38,351 bases of DNA from a virus (taxonomy: Duplodnaviria; Caudoviricetes). Shown here one piece after another: positions 17,015-26,520 of the stretch. The notes under the pieces are model-generated. The model was not told the origin of the DNA. It worked only from the letters and a program-made list of their open reading frames with translations, and did no database searches. The stretch covers positions 1 to 38,351 of IMG/VR virus record IMGVR_UViG_3300018070_000009; one strand, written 5' to 3'. Numbering within the stretch: the stretch's first letter is position 1; each line of letters starts with the position of its first letter. Both the position numbers and the translations under genes were made by a program.

Positions 17015-18720
17015 AAAATAGCCTCCGGGTATTTAGTTCTTAGAAATTGAATATGCCCATTTATCTGATTTTCCGTTACTGATCCATCAATAACGACAAT
17101 CCCACCAAAACTAACATTTGCCCACCAAGTAATATTTCCGCGTGTTCCTAATACCATATCGGTATGAGATTCTGGTGCAACCCAGGTTATAGTAGTACTG
17201 TAGTAAATATCGTTAATTCTGCAATATATAGTAGTCCCATTAATCCAGATACATGCTATATTATAGCATTCATTTATTGGAAAATTATAAACTGTGGCTG
17301 TTCCTGTTTCATTCCTAACTGTTAAAGTAAATTTTCCTGTATTTCTTCCTAAGTTAATCTTAGTATATGCAGTTGTATCTGAGGCATCAACAAATGTCAT
17401 ATCCCATAACCATCTAGTTACATCAAATGTAGCATAATCATTTATTTTAAAACATGTTATTATAGCAAAATCACTTAGATTAGTGATAAGTGCCCCTGAT
17501 GTAGAAGCATCATTTACCCCATCATATACAATAGTGTGATTAGCAAGATTATATGTTGGTGCATTTGTTGCTACAAAGTTATTTGATACATTATTGAGAT
17601 TATACCAAATCGGCACAGAAGCTCCATCAGCCGGGTTACTACCATTCAGTACATTATCACCAATTGCATACATAGTTACATTTGAAACATCAAATGGAGT
17701 TACTGCTGATGAAGTATCAGGTATATAAGCAGGATATTCACTCATTAACTGTGCTTCAATTGCAGCGATTTCTACTGTTGTTAATAACCTATTATATCCT
17801 ACTATTTTATATATTATTTCATTATCAGTAGAAGTAAACCCTTTCACCTTCATTGCTGCATTGATCAATACAGAAGTACCGCAAGCAACATTAGTTGCAT
17901 AACGTTCCCCATTTACTTGAGTAAATGATGATGGCCCATTATATACATGAGTATGTATTTTTACTTTATTCTTGATATAATACTCTGCACTTACATAATT
18001 CGTTTGAAACGCTGAAGAATATATACCAGTACCAGCAGCATAAAATTTACGGTTCGGTACCACCCCTAGTTCATAGGGGCGATTAACTGATGAACCTAAA
18101 GTGGTTACGGATAATGCTGCCGTATCCTCCCATACAATAAACATTGTATAAGGATCGGTGCTTAAATTAAGTAACTGTAAGGAGGTCAATAAATCCGTTG
18201 TAGAATCTATTTTTACTCCTTTACCCGATATAAAAGCTGGAGCGACACTACTACTTGCTGCTGCCTGGCTCATATCCTCACCAATTCCTGAATCATCGGA
18301 TTGAGCCATAACTAAACCATCTACAACCGTACTCCCCGTTACAAAATCATACAAGATTTCAAGTCCAGGAGTAAGACGATATACATCAGAACCAACATTA
18401 TTTGTAACCGGTACCAATGAAAATGATCGTAAAACATTACCTAGATAATCAGTTATATCTGTTCCTGTATATGATATTGTTCCTGAACTGGTATTATTTA
18501 ATTGCGCAGTAAGTACAATATCATACATAGTATAATTCAATAACGATATTGAAGATATTGTTCCGAGAGTAGTTGAAAAGTCATAGGGATAAATTATTGG
18601 ATTAATCATGATTCGATCAAATTGCAAATATATATGCCATCCGTCGACCGAAGTATATACTGTTAATGTTCCATCAATATTACCACCAATAAACTGGATC
18701 ATCCAATTGCGTACTATCAT
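17011..18720 (-). CDS. Tail or receptor-binding protein with tandem LamG/concanavalin-like domains
   Basis: YNRLLTTVEIAAIEAQLMSEY, ADGASVPIWYNL, IVYDGVND and QFLRTKY patterns; N-terminal Ig-like segment. Confidence 0.65.
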   Translation of the reverse strand: MIVRNWMIQFIGGNIDGTLTVYTSVDGWHIYLQFDRIMINPIIYPYDFSTTLGTISSISLLNYTMYDIVLTAQLNNTSSGTISYTGTDITDYLGNVLRSFSLVPVTNNVGSDVYRLTPGLEILYDFVTGSTVVDGLVMAQSDDSGIGEDMSQAAASSSVAPAFISGKGVKIDSTTDLLTSLQLLNLSTDPYTMFIVWEDTAALSVTTLGSSVNRPYELGVVPNRKFYAAGTGIYSSAFQTNYVSAEYYIKNKVKIHTHVYNGPSSFTQVNGERYATNVACGTSVLINAAMKVKGFTSTDNEIIYKIVGYNRLLTTVEIAAIEAQLMSEYPAYIPDTSSAVTPFDVSNVTMYAIGDNVLNGSNPADGASVPIWYNLNNVSNNFVATNAPTYNLANHTIVYDGVNDASTSGALITNLSDFAIITCFKINDYATFDVTRWLWDMTFVDASDTTAYTKINLGRNTGKFTLTVRNETGTATVYNFPINECYNIACIWINGTTIYCRINDIYYSTTITWVAPESHTDMVLGTRGNITWWANVSFGGIVVIDGSVTENQINGHIQFLRTKYPEAIL

Positions 18721-19598
18721 ATTGTAGTCATATTAAGAATTGAAACAAATGTATTACCTCCTAAATATTCTATCGTAATTAAATTATAAACTTCTGCCGT
18801 AGTACTATAAGTCCCTGATTGATAATCAAACGCTGTAAAATCAGGAGAATGGCTTCCATCACCAACCAACCATGTTTGTATACCACCACCTTCAACTGGA
18901 TCAGATGCAATTGTAAATACATCACTAGTAGTTAATGATTTACCAGTAATTATAGTAAGTGCCCTAGTAAATGGGATAGTTGTTGTATATGCAATTGTTA
19001 TAGGTGTACTAAATGCTACATTTGCCTTTTCAGTGTTATCATAATCATTTGTAGACAATGCTTTGCCAGTTACTTTATCTACTTTATCCCCTAATAATAT
19101 AGTTAAATCGGTTTGATCTGATAAAGTACCTGTAATAATTCCCCAAATTACACTACCACTACCACCACCAATACTATAATTATTAGCAGATGTTTCTATG
19201 GATGATAATGTATTATTTACTAAATATTTTTTACTATTTAAAGATATATCTGATATTAAAAGTGTAGAATAAGATGTATTAACATCTATCATACCTAATA
19301 TAATATCTGTTGTCTTCACGTTTTCGGTAACAATATGATCTATCCCATTTATGGATAAAACATTTAATGGAATTTGAAAATCTAAAGACCCGGTTAATTG
19401 AGCATTTATAGTAGAAGGAGATTCGTAAATACTTATTTTAACTACACTAGACTGCTTATCGCTTCCATTTGAATAATATATTAAACTACCTGCTCCTAAT
19501 GAATGTATTTTTTTTATCCTTAATATATTAAAAGAATACGATCCGACATTAGTTAATTTATTTATTTCAGTTACTGTTAGTCTAATTAGATTAGCCAT
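18717..19598 (-). CDS. Tail fibre-associated structural protein
   Basis: GGGSGSVIWGIITGTLSDQTDL...KVDKVTGKALSTNDY fibre-type motif; N-terminus has two similar ~70-aa units. Confidence 0.65.
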   Translation of the reverse strand: MANLIRLTVTEINKLTNVGSYSFNILRIKKIHSLGAGSLIYYSNGSDKQSSVVKISIYESPSTINAQLTGSLDFQIPLNVLSINGIDHIVTENVKTTDIILGMIDVNTSYSTLLISDISLNSKKYLVNNTLSSIETSANNYSIGGGSGSVIWGIITGTLSDQTDLTILLGDKVDKVTGKALSTNDYDNTEKANVAFSTPITIAYTTTIPFTRALTIITGKSLTTSDVFTIASDPVEGGGIQTWLVGDGSHSPDFTAFDYQSGTYSTTAEVYNLITIEYLGGNTFVSILNMTTI

Positions 19599-19604
19599 AA
19601 TTAA

Positions 19605-19928
19605 TTACCATTTAGATGAAAAGTATGTAAGTAAATTACTTCTTAATGTAGCTACATCAGCTATAGGAACTGTAGGTGTTCCAGATAATGCCCATTGAGA
19701 AGGAGACAGTTGTATAAGACCATTAGACTTATAATATTGCGAATCCTGACTAATAGTAGTTATAGTTACAACGCCAGTAATATCTTCTATTTTTTCATAA
19801 ATATAAGACTGGATAGATGTTACATTTATTTTAACTATATCTACAGTATGAGATTTTAAACCAGTTTTTTGATCATAAAAATCAAAAGTCACATAACCGG
19901 TATTATCTGTAATAATATTTAATGCCAT
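19605..19928 (-). CDS. Hypothetical protein in the structural module
   Basis: 107-aa ORF in the late operon. Confidence 0.75.
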   Translation of the reverse strand: MALNIITDNTGYVTFDFYDQKTGLKSHTVDIVKINVTSIQSYIYEKIEDITGVVTITTISQDSQYYKSNGLIQLSPSQWALSGTPTVPIADVATLRSNLLTYFSSKW

Positions 19929-20040
19929 AATGTTATTTTTTAAAATAATCTAATAAAGTTCTTCGTAAAATAAATATATCCTCTTTATTAAAAGGAATAA
20001 TATCTCCATTTTCTTTTAATAGGCATATGTATATTTTTTA

Positions 20041-20048
20041 CAAAGTTA
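20041..20048 (-). promoter_or_regulatory. Bacteroidota-type -7 element TAACTTTG
   Basis: Matches TAnnTTTG in the gap upstream of the receptor-binding/lysis block; no -33 TTTG at canonical spacing. Confidence 0.45.
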
Positions 20049-20069
20049 ATTTATTTTTAATAATGTATT

Positions 20070-23000
20070 TTAATCCAAATTCCTAACTACTTTTTTTTCT
20101 TCTTTCTTAATATTTTTTAATTTAAGAATATATTGTCGATAAATTTTAGACACTGTAGAATTTAATCTTACCCTAGAATTGTTAGTAAAAGCACTGTTTA
20201 CTTGGTTTATATTAGACTCTATTTGATTTTTATATATTTCCTGTTCTGATTTTGACATCTTTTCAAAAACATCAATAACTAATTTTAAAGCAGATATTTC
20301 AGATGAATTTTTCTTAATAAAAACATACTCTTTTTCCATGTTTTTACCTTTAGCGTATTTCAAGGCTTCATTACTTCCAAATTCTTTTACAACATCATTA
20401 ATTTCTGATTCAATAGACTTTAATTTATTAACTGTATTTAAAAACTTAAATTCAGGTTCGGCTTCTCCTTTAATCTTATTAATAGTTTCCCTGGCTAATT
20501 TTGATGCAGCAATATTTACTTCATTAATCATTTTCTTTTTAATATCACGGTCTATTTTAAGACCATCTATCTCAGTTAACTTATTTCTTAAATCAGTCAA
20601 TTGTTTTGCGGTACCTGTAACTAAATATTTATGTTCATAAAATTTATAATCTTCATTTGATATATTCCTGGGTTTTATACTTTTTTTTTCAGCAAAAGAT
20701 AAAGTTTTATCTAATGAGTTCATTCTTTTAAATTCATCATAAAATTTCTGGACACTTAATCCACCAAATCCTACGGTTGATGACCTAGTAAATAATCTAC
20801 CAATAACAGGCCAATCAGCTTTTTCTTTATATTCTTTAGGAAAAGAATTAAGAATATCCGTAGCTAATCCACCAGTATACCCACTTAAAAGATGGTCAAT
20901 ATTTATAGGCGCAACATTTAATATATTACCAGCTTCTATGGCTAACTTACTTGTATGTGAAGTATATTGCTGTGGAGGTAATAATCCTTCTTGACTTTTA
21001 GATACTAATGGAGCATCCCTAAATATATCCCAATTAAAATATACTTCCATTGCTGGCTTGACTAACGCTGGCATTACAGGTGGTATCATAGCTCCAGCAG
21101 ATTCCTTAAAAGCATTTTTGTAGTATCCTGGATCTTTAGTATAAATTGAATTAGCTACACCCTCTGGAATAGCTGCAAATAAATATCCCCACTCGAAAGG
21201 TTTAGGTAAACGAATTATCTCATCTCCCATTTTAAAATTCCAAAAACCATATTTTTGCCAATCCGGCAACTCTTGGTACCACTTTTCGTCTTTATGTAAA
21301 TACCACAAAGCTAATGTAGGTGCTGTCATCATAGCTAATGCTCTAAACCCAGACCTTGTAGGATGTTCATATATTGTCCTACCCATACGGGTAATACCTT
21401 GTATAGCTGGATTAAAAAATGGAACTATTTGGTTAATAACTGCCGAATAAGTACCAGCTCGTTTAAAGTTAACAGTGACTTCATTCGCAGCATTAGAAGC
21501 TTCAATAGCTGCATCTTCTTGCAACTTTTTAAGTTCAACTAAATCACCGTCAATCCTAGCTTTTTCGAAACGTGGTTCATAACTTTCCATTACAGATTTA
21601 AATTCAGCTAACCTAGTTCCAGCTTCCGTGAATGAAAGTATTTTTCTTAAAGCTTCGATTGGATGCTTTACAATTCCTAATGCTTTTATTTGGACATTGT
21701 CGGCCAATATTTCTTCTACTGCATTTTTAACCATTTTTCTATCTAACCCAAGGGGTTGAGCCATTTCTCCACCAGCTCTTTTGAATTGTTTACTATATTC
21801 ACTCTTGCCAATCAATTCCTCCCCAATAGCAGTACCTACTTTCCATATTTTACTTATACCTGTATATTCATTTTGTAATGCAAATGTTTGAATGTCACGA
21901 ATAGGATTAGTTATTAAACTAAATCCAGCACGAATACCCGTAGCTCCAAGCCTAACTACCCTAGAAGCTGAACCGAATGTCATATCAATAAACCAAGGTA
22001 ATGAAACATTGTCTAAACCTTTCATAGCTTCATACAAATCCTTATCTAGTTCATAAAATTCTCTTTTACCTTCCCTATATATAGAAACTACATTATCCTT
22101 ACCGTAATAATCTCCTTGTGAAAAAACATTTATCAAAGCATCCTTATCAACTGTTGACATATCCACACCTAATGACTCAATTTGATTGGATATATCTTTT
22201 AACTCAACCGTAGTTTTTTTAAGTGGAGGTGGTATTTTTTCACCCCATTTACCAACACCTTCAAACCTATCTATTAAATTAACTAATGCCCTAGCTACCC
22301 TCACCTTATCCGCCATATTTATTATTTGTTCAGTTTGAGAAATCATAGATTCAAGAGGGCTTATAATTTCTCTTCCACTACCTTTAATTCTTTTTATAGG
22401 GTTAGACAAATCAACATATCCTTTTCCGGTTCCCCCTGTCAAACCTTTATCTACAATAGACCTTTTTAATGGTATGTAAAATGGGTTAGTATCCCTCATT
22501 AATTGAGCTGCATCTTTTGATAATCCACCAGCATCTACTAGATAATCAACAACATAAGACGACCATTCGGTGAAATCTTTAGCAAATTGTTCGTATTCAG
22601 GTTTAGCATTATTTTTTAATACATATTCTGCATCTAACCTAGTTATGCCAGGATTTATATCTCTATCTAATAATGATATAGCATGCTTTGAATAAGCATA
22701 AGCTATTGCATTTTTTATATCTTTAGTTACAGGAGCTACAACTTCTTTAAGACTTTTACCTATTTTGTTTAACCCAAAATTATAAGCTCCATCCATGATA
22801 AATTGCCTAGCTTTAGACGGGGCAGTTTTAGCTACGCTCATAGCTATTAAGTATGGATCTTCACTAGGTCTTATGACTACTTTATCAACTATTTTATTTA
22901 CAACATATTTTAAAGGATATAACCTATTTGAAAATTTAGATTTAAGTTTAATATCTAAAGTTGTTAACCTATCTTTTAAAGATAAATCTGATTTCATCCC

Positions 23001-26000
23001 ATCAAAATCTACTTGGCTTAATACCCTATTAAGTGATCCTTGTTCTCTCCATTGGGTAATAAGATTAGTACCTTCTTTTATTATTTTTGCTTCAACCGGG
23101 TTGTCTTTTAATATAGTATTTTCAAAATAATCATGAAATTTAGGAGCAAGAATTTTAGTGTTACCTACTGTCATATAATAACGCATAAATTCGGCAAAAC
23201 CTTCATCAACTCTTTGTTTAGCTTGATCGTAATCAATAGGCCTTAATTCATCTTTTAGATCATTAGGTAAGTTACCTGTTATTTTTAATTTTTTATCTAA
23301 ATAATGGGCTACTTCATGGGATATAGTAGATAAATCATATGCTTCTTTAGTTCTAATTACTTCTGGATCTACTTTAAATATACCCACAGCTTTTTCTCTT
23401 ATTTTTCCTATCCTAATGGGTATATTTAAATCTTTAGCTATTTTAGATACTATGGAAGATGCTTTTATTAATGGTTTACTAGGCTCCCTATTAACCATCA
23501 TGGGTAGCCTAGTTACAGATTTTTCTACTTTATCTTTTCCTATTTTAGATGGTTTAACTTTATGTATAATGCCATCATCCGCTTTTATAGTAAACCTACC
23601 ATCAGGTTCTTTTGCCATTACTTCTCCAATACGATTATTTCCAACCATATCTTTAAAGTTAACTGTTTGTCCAATTTTAGGTTCTTTTAGTTCTGTAAGT
23701 TTTTTACCGGCTACTTCTATAGGTTTTTCCGGTTCAACTTTTGGTTTTTCAACTTTAGGTATTACTTCACCTTTAGATGAAAGCATTCTATAAGAGTTAT
23801 CTGGCATCTTTTCAGCTTCTCCAGATTTAACTAAAGAATTCCACAAACCTTTTGCAGAATCAGATATTTTATCTGGCCTATCAGATTTAACAACTTTATC
23901 CTCTAATTGTGCCTGTTTATTTAATTCCCTATATATTTGCTTGCCATATCCTTTACCTTTTTCATTAACTAATACATATTTAATTTCCCAACCTTCTGGT
24001 TTTTCTTCAACATGTACTTCACCAAAATCTTTACCATTTTTAATTATATCCCTAGAAAATACATTTTTTTCACCTGTATATAATATTTTTTTCATAGCCT
24101 TTGGAGTTTCTGTTTTTTCTCCAAATTCTAACTTTCCTGTTTCCGTACCGGCAGGTTCAGGTTCTGCCATCCCCTCCGGTACAAAACTTGGAACTACCTC
24201 CCCGATTCCCTCTTTTTCTCTAGGGCTATTGCTATCGACTGCTTGTCGGCCTTCTTTTTCCCGAACTTCATCTGCGTCGAGGCGTGTTTTCCCCCCTTGT
24301 GAAGTTCCCGGATGTTCTTGCCTACCACCTTCTGTGACTTCCCCTTCTTTAGCGGCATGACTTAATTCCTCCCTTTTGCTTTCTTTCCCGATTTCGGTGC
24401 CTGTTTCGGTGCCCTTCCTTGTTGTCCCACTCGTGATGTCGGCTTCATCTGGCTGTATGTCCCGTTCTTCCCCGACACTCCTTTCTGTTGTTTCATAACC
24501 TTCTGTTTTTAATTGTTCAACATTTTCAATACCAGGCAATACTTGTTTTAATTCATCGTGTGCCTGGGTTTTTTCTTCACGATGTATATCTTTGTCAAAA
24601 TTATCATTAATACCTTTTAATGGTTGATCGTAAAACCTTTTTTTTATATCATATTTATGCTTTAATAAAAGTGATATTCTTTTATTTAAAATATTTTCTG
24701 TATTAGCTCTTTTTTGTAATTCTATTCCTGGTAATTCTTCTTTATATAATTCCTCTCGTTGTTTTATAAGTTCATTAACTTTATCATCAATATCTTTAGT
24801 TTTAAAAGTAGTTTTTATTTTAATATCATCCTCTATACTAGAAAGTTGTTTATCAAATTCATTTACCTTGTTGACATCTGGATATTCTTTAGCTAATTCA
24901 TTAGCAATATTCCTATTTAATAAATTAATCTTCTCTTTTACTAACCTAGGTTGATTAATAACATTTAATTGACTATTAATATTATCAATAGCATCTTTAT
25001 TAATCAAATTAAAAGACTCATCGACATTTTTACCTTGATTAGTTAAATGATCTTTGTCTAATATCAAATCTAAAGATTGAGCATAATCTTCAAAAGGAAT
25101 ATTTTTAGGTACTTTCCCTCTTGCAATATCAATAGCTTCCTTGGCTTTAGTTATATCTTTATGAATACCCATAGCCTTATCCATTAAGGCCCATGTAATA
25201 CCAGCATCTAATACACCTTCCTCGACATTCCTATTTGGATCTATAGTAGATTTATCTACTAAATTATTAGATATTTGAGTCGACACGCCAATAGCAAATC
25301 CTCTTAAAGCAGGAGATGTAGCGCTATATATAGATGAAGCTGCATTATCTAATACTGTATTATATGATCTTGTTAATAATTCCCTAGCCTTTTCAACACC
25401 TACTTTACCAATTAAATTTTTAGCCGTTTGCATAGTTTGGTTTCCACCTATTTCTCCTAATGCAACAAAATTTAATGATGTCATTAAAGCATTATACAAC
25501 TTAGCTGCTTGTGGTATTTTAAGATTATCTATTTCTTTATACTTCTGAACACCTTCACCAAATGCTTGGACACCAATTACCGCCCTGGATAACCCGGCGG
25601 CAGCGCCTTGGTGCATAGTTACTAGCATTGGTACATATTGAGCAATAGATAACCCAGCAGCGCCTATAGCTTCACTTGTTTTACCTTGTTTGATGTAATT
25701 AGTAATATCGGTATCATATATCTTAGTGTTTTTTTCCATTTCCTCCGATACCATTTCATAATATTGTTGGTCGTCAGATATTCCTGCTATTTTTTTATAT
25801 GGCAATATAAAATCAAGAGAATTGGTTAAATCCCTCATTACTCCCTTAGCTCCAATACCTATTTTATAATAAAGAGCTTTTAAATAGCTATTATTTTTCT
25901 TATCACCTTCGTATGGTACAAAACTATAAGCATCTTTTAAAATATCTTCATATCTTTTTTGTTCATTTTCATTTACCATATAACCTATAGTCCCATTAAT

Positions 26001-26519
26001 ATTAGTCTTATTAAGACCTACTTTAGTAGCTACATCATCAAGTTCATTTTCATATTCTTTATGAATATCCTCTACTTCTTTTTTAGATTTAGCACTCCTA
26101 ATTAATGGTTCATATTTATCATTAAGTTTATTTTGCCAAGATTTTAATGAATTAACTTTTTGAAATGGAGATTCAATAGGGTATCTTTTATCTACGTAAT
26201 CTTGTACTTTCCTAACATATTCATCATCCTTAGATGATTTATAATCATTAATAGGTTTAGGATCAAAATCATAAACATTACTAAGCTCTCTTTGAGGAAT
26301 TACCCTAGAAATAATATCACCAACTATGTTTTGTGATTTCGATATACTTTCCTGACCAACATATTCGGATGGTAAACTTGGAGTTATAGAAGGTTGAGAT
26401 ACTTCTTTTGGCTCTATAGTAGAAACTTTTTTTTTTGAAGGTTCATCTATTTCAAATCCAGCCGGTAATCCAGCATTGTCATCTATTTCAAAACCTATTG
26501 GTAAAGTATCGTTTGGCAT
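20070..26519 (-). CDS. Large polyvalent (ejected/cargo) protein: GNAT-like, KOW/SH3-like, zincin metallopeptidase and LPD38-like domains
   Basis: KGKGYGKQIY...AKGLWNSL (about 23800-24050); SHEVAH (23304-23318) with EGFAE; RLPKPFEWG near 21200; N-terminal LPxGFEID twice. Confidence 0.85.
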   Translation of the reverse strand: MPNDTLPIGFEIDDNAGLPAGFEIDEPSKKKVSTIEPKEVSQPSITPSLPSEYVGQESISKSQNIVGDIISRVIPQRELSNVYDFDPKPINDYKSSKDDEYVRKVQDYVDKRYPIESPFQKVNSLKSWQNKLNDKYEPLIRSAKSKKEVEDIHKEYENELDDVATKVGLNKTNINGTIGYMVNENEQKRYEDILKDAYSFVPYEGDKKNNSYLKALYYKIGIGAKGVMRDLTNSLDFILPYKKIAGISDDQQYYEMVSEEMEKNTKIYDTDITNYIKQGKTSEAIGAAGLSIAQYVPMLVTMHQGAAAGLSRAVIGVQAFGEGVQKYKEIDNLKIPQAAKLYNALMTSLNFVALGEIGGNQTMQTAKNLIGKVGVEKARELLTRSYNTVLDNAASSIYSATSPALRGFAIGVSTQISNNLVDKSTIDPNRNVEEGVLDAGITWALMDKAMGIHKDITKAKEAIDIARGKVPKNIPFEDYAQSLDLILDKDHLTNQGKNVDESFNLINKDAIDNINSQLNVINQPRLVKEKINLLNRNIANELAKEYPDVNKVNEFDKQLSSIEDDIKIKTTFKTKDIDDKVNELIKQREELYKEELPGIELQKRANTENILNKRISLLLKHKYDIKKRFYDQPLKGINDNFDKDIHREEKTQAHDELKQVLPGIENVEQLKTEGYETTERSVGEERDIQPDEADITSGTTRKGTETGTEIGKESKREELSHAAKEGEVTEGGRQEHPGTSQGGKTRLDADEVREKEGRQAVDSNSPREKEGIGEVVPSFVPEGMAEPEPAGTETGKLEFGEKTETPKAMKKILYTGEKNVFSRDIIKNGKDFGEVHVEEKPEGWEIKYVLVNEKGKGYGKQIYRELNKQAQLEDKVVKSDRPDKISDSAKGLWNSLVKSGEAEKMPDNSYRMLSSKGEVIPKVEKPKVEPEKPIEVAGKKLTELKEPKIGQTVNFKDMVGNNRIGEVMAKEPDGRFTIKADDGIIHKVKPSKIGKDKVEKSVTRLPMMVNREPSKPLIKASSIVSKIAKDLNIPIRIGKIREKAVGIFKVDPEVIRTKEAYDLSTISHEVAHYLDKKLKITGNLPNDLKDELRPIDYDQAKQRVDEGFAEFMRYYMTVGNTKILAPKFHDYFENTILKDNPVEAKIIKEGTNLITQWREQGSLNRVLSQVDFDGMKSDLSLKDRLTTLDIKLKSKFSNRLYPLKYVVNKIVDKVVIRPSEDPYLIAMSVAKTAPSKARQFIMDGAYNFGLNKIGKSLKEVVAPVTKDIKNAIAYAYSKHAISLLDRDINPGITRLDAEYVLKNNAKPEYEQFAKDFTEWSSYVVDYLVDAGGLSKDAAQLMRDTNPFYIPLKRSIVDKGLTGGTGKGYVDLSNPIKRIKGSGREIISPLESMISQTEQIINMADKVRVARALVNLIDRFEGVGKWGEKIPPPLKKTTVELKDISNQIESLGVDMSTVDKDALINVFSQGDYYGKDNVVSIYREGKREFYELDKDLYEAMKGLDNVSLPWFIDMTFGSASRVVRLGATGIRAGFSLITNPIRDIQTFALQNEYTGISKIWKVGTAIGEELIGKSEYSKQFKRAGGEMAQPLGLDRKMVKNAVEEILADNVQIKALGIVKHPIEALRKILSFTEAGTRLAEFKSVMESYEPRFEKARIDGDLVELKKLQEDAAIEASNAANEVTVNFKRAGTYSAVINQIVPFFNPAIQGITRMGRTIYEHPTRSGFRALAMMTAPTLALWYLHKDEKWYQELPDWQKYGFWNFKMGDEIIRLPKPFEWGYLFAAIPEGVANSIYTKDPGYYKNAFKESAGAMIPPVMPALVKPAMEVYFNWDIFRDAPLVSKSQEGLLPPQQYTSHTSKLAIEAGNILNVAPINIDHLLSGYTGGLATDILNSFPKEYKEKADWPVIGRLFTRSSTVGFGGLSVQKFYDEFKRMNSLDKTLSFAEKKSIKPRNISNEDYKFYEHKYLVTGTAKQLTDLRNKLTEIDGLKIDRDIKKKMINEVNIAASKLARETINKIKGEAEPEFKFLNTVNKLKSIESEINDVVKEFGSNEALKYAKGKNMEKEYVFIKKNSSEISALKLVIDVFEKMSKSEQEIYKNQIESNINQVNSAFTNNSRVRLNSTVSKIYRQYILKLKNIKKEEKKVVRNLD
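24194..24358 (-). CDS. Overprinted 54-aa basic protein of the MPLKKGKS type, nested in the +1 frame
   Basis: MPLKKGKSQKVVGKNIRELHKGGKHASTQMKFGKKKADKQSIAIALEKKRESGR*; GGGAGG about 9 nt upstream; coincides with a GC-rich island. Confidence 0.8.
   Translation of the reverse strand: MPLKKGKSQKVVGKNIRELHKGGKHASTQMKFGKKKADKQSIAIALEKKRESGR
24362..24496 (-). CDS. Overprinted 44-aa Lys/Gly/Gln-rich peptide, nested in the +1 frame
   Basis: MKQQKGVSGKNGTYSQMKPTSRVGQQGRAPKQAPKSGKKAKGRN*; ATG sits at the edge of the GC-rich island; stop is 3 nt before the next nested ATG. Confidence 0.6.
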   Translation of the reverse strand: MKQQKGVSGKNGTYSQMKPTSRVGQQGRAPKQAPKSGKKAKGRN

Positions 26520-26520
26520 A

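Noticed and set aside
22998-23009. DFDG in the giant protein as an RNA polymerase catalytic motif
   Set aside because: It reads VDFDGMK, lacking the third Asp and the NADFDGD context
24168-24177. GGAGGGGATG as an internal in-frame restart of the giant protein
   Set aside because: The SD-like sequence is only about 2 nt from the ATG and there is no other support
20338-24360. Plus-strand ORFs 20338-20640, 22795-23130, 23416-23793 and 23941-24360
   Set aside because: Antisense shadows of the giant gene, Ser/Phe/Leu-rich with no motifs and against local transcription direction
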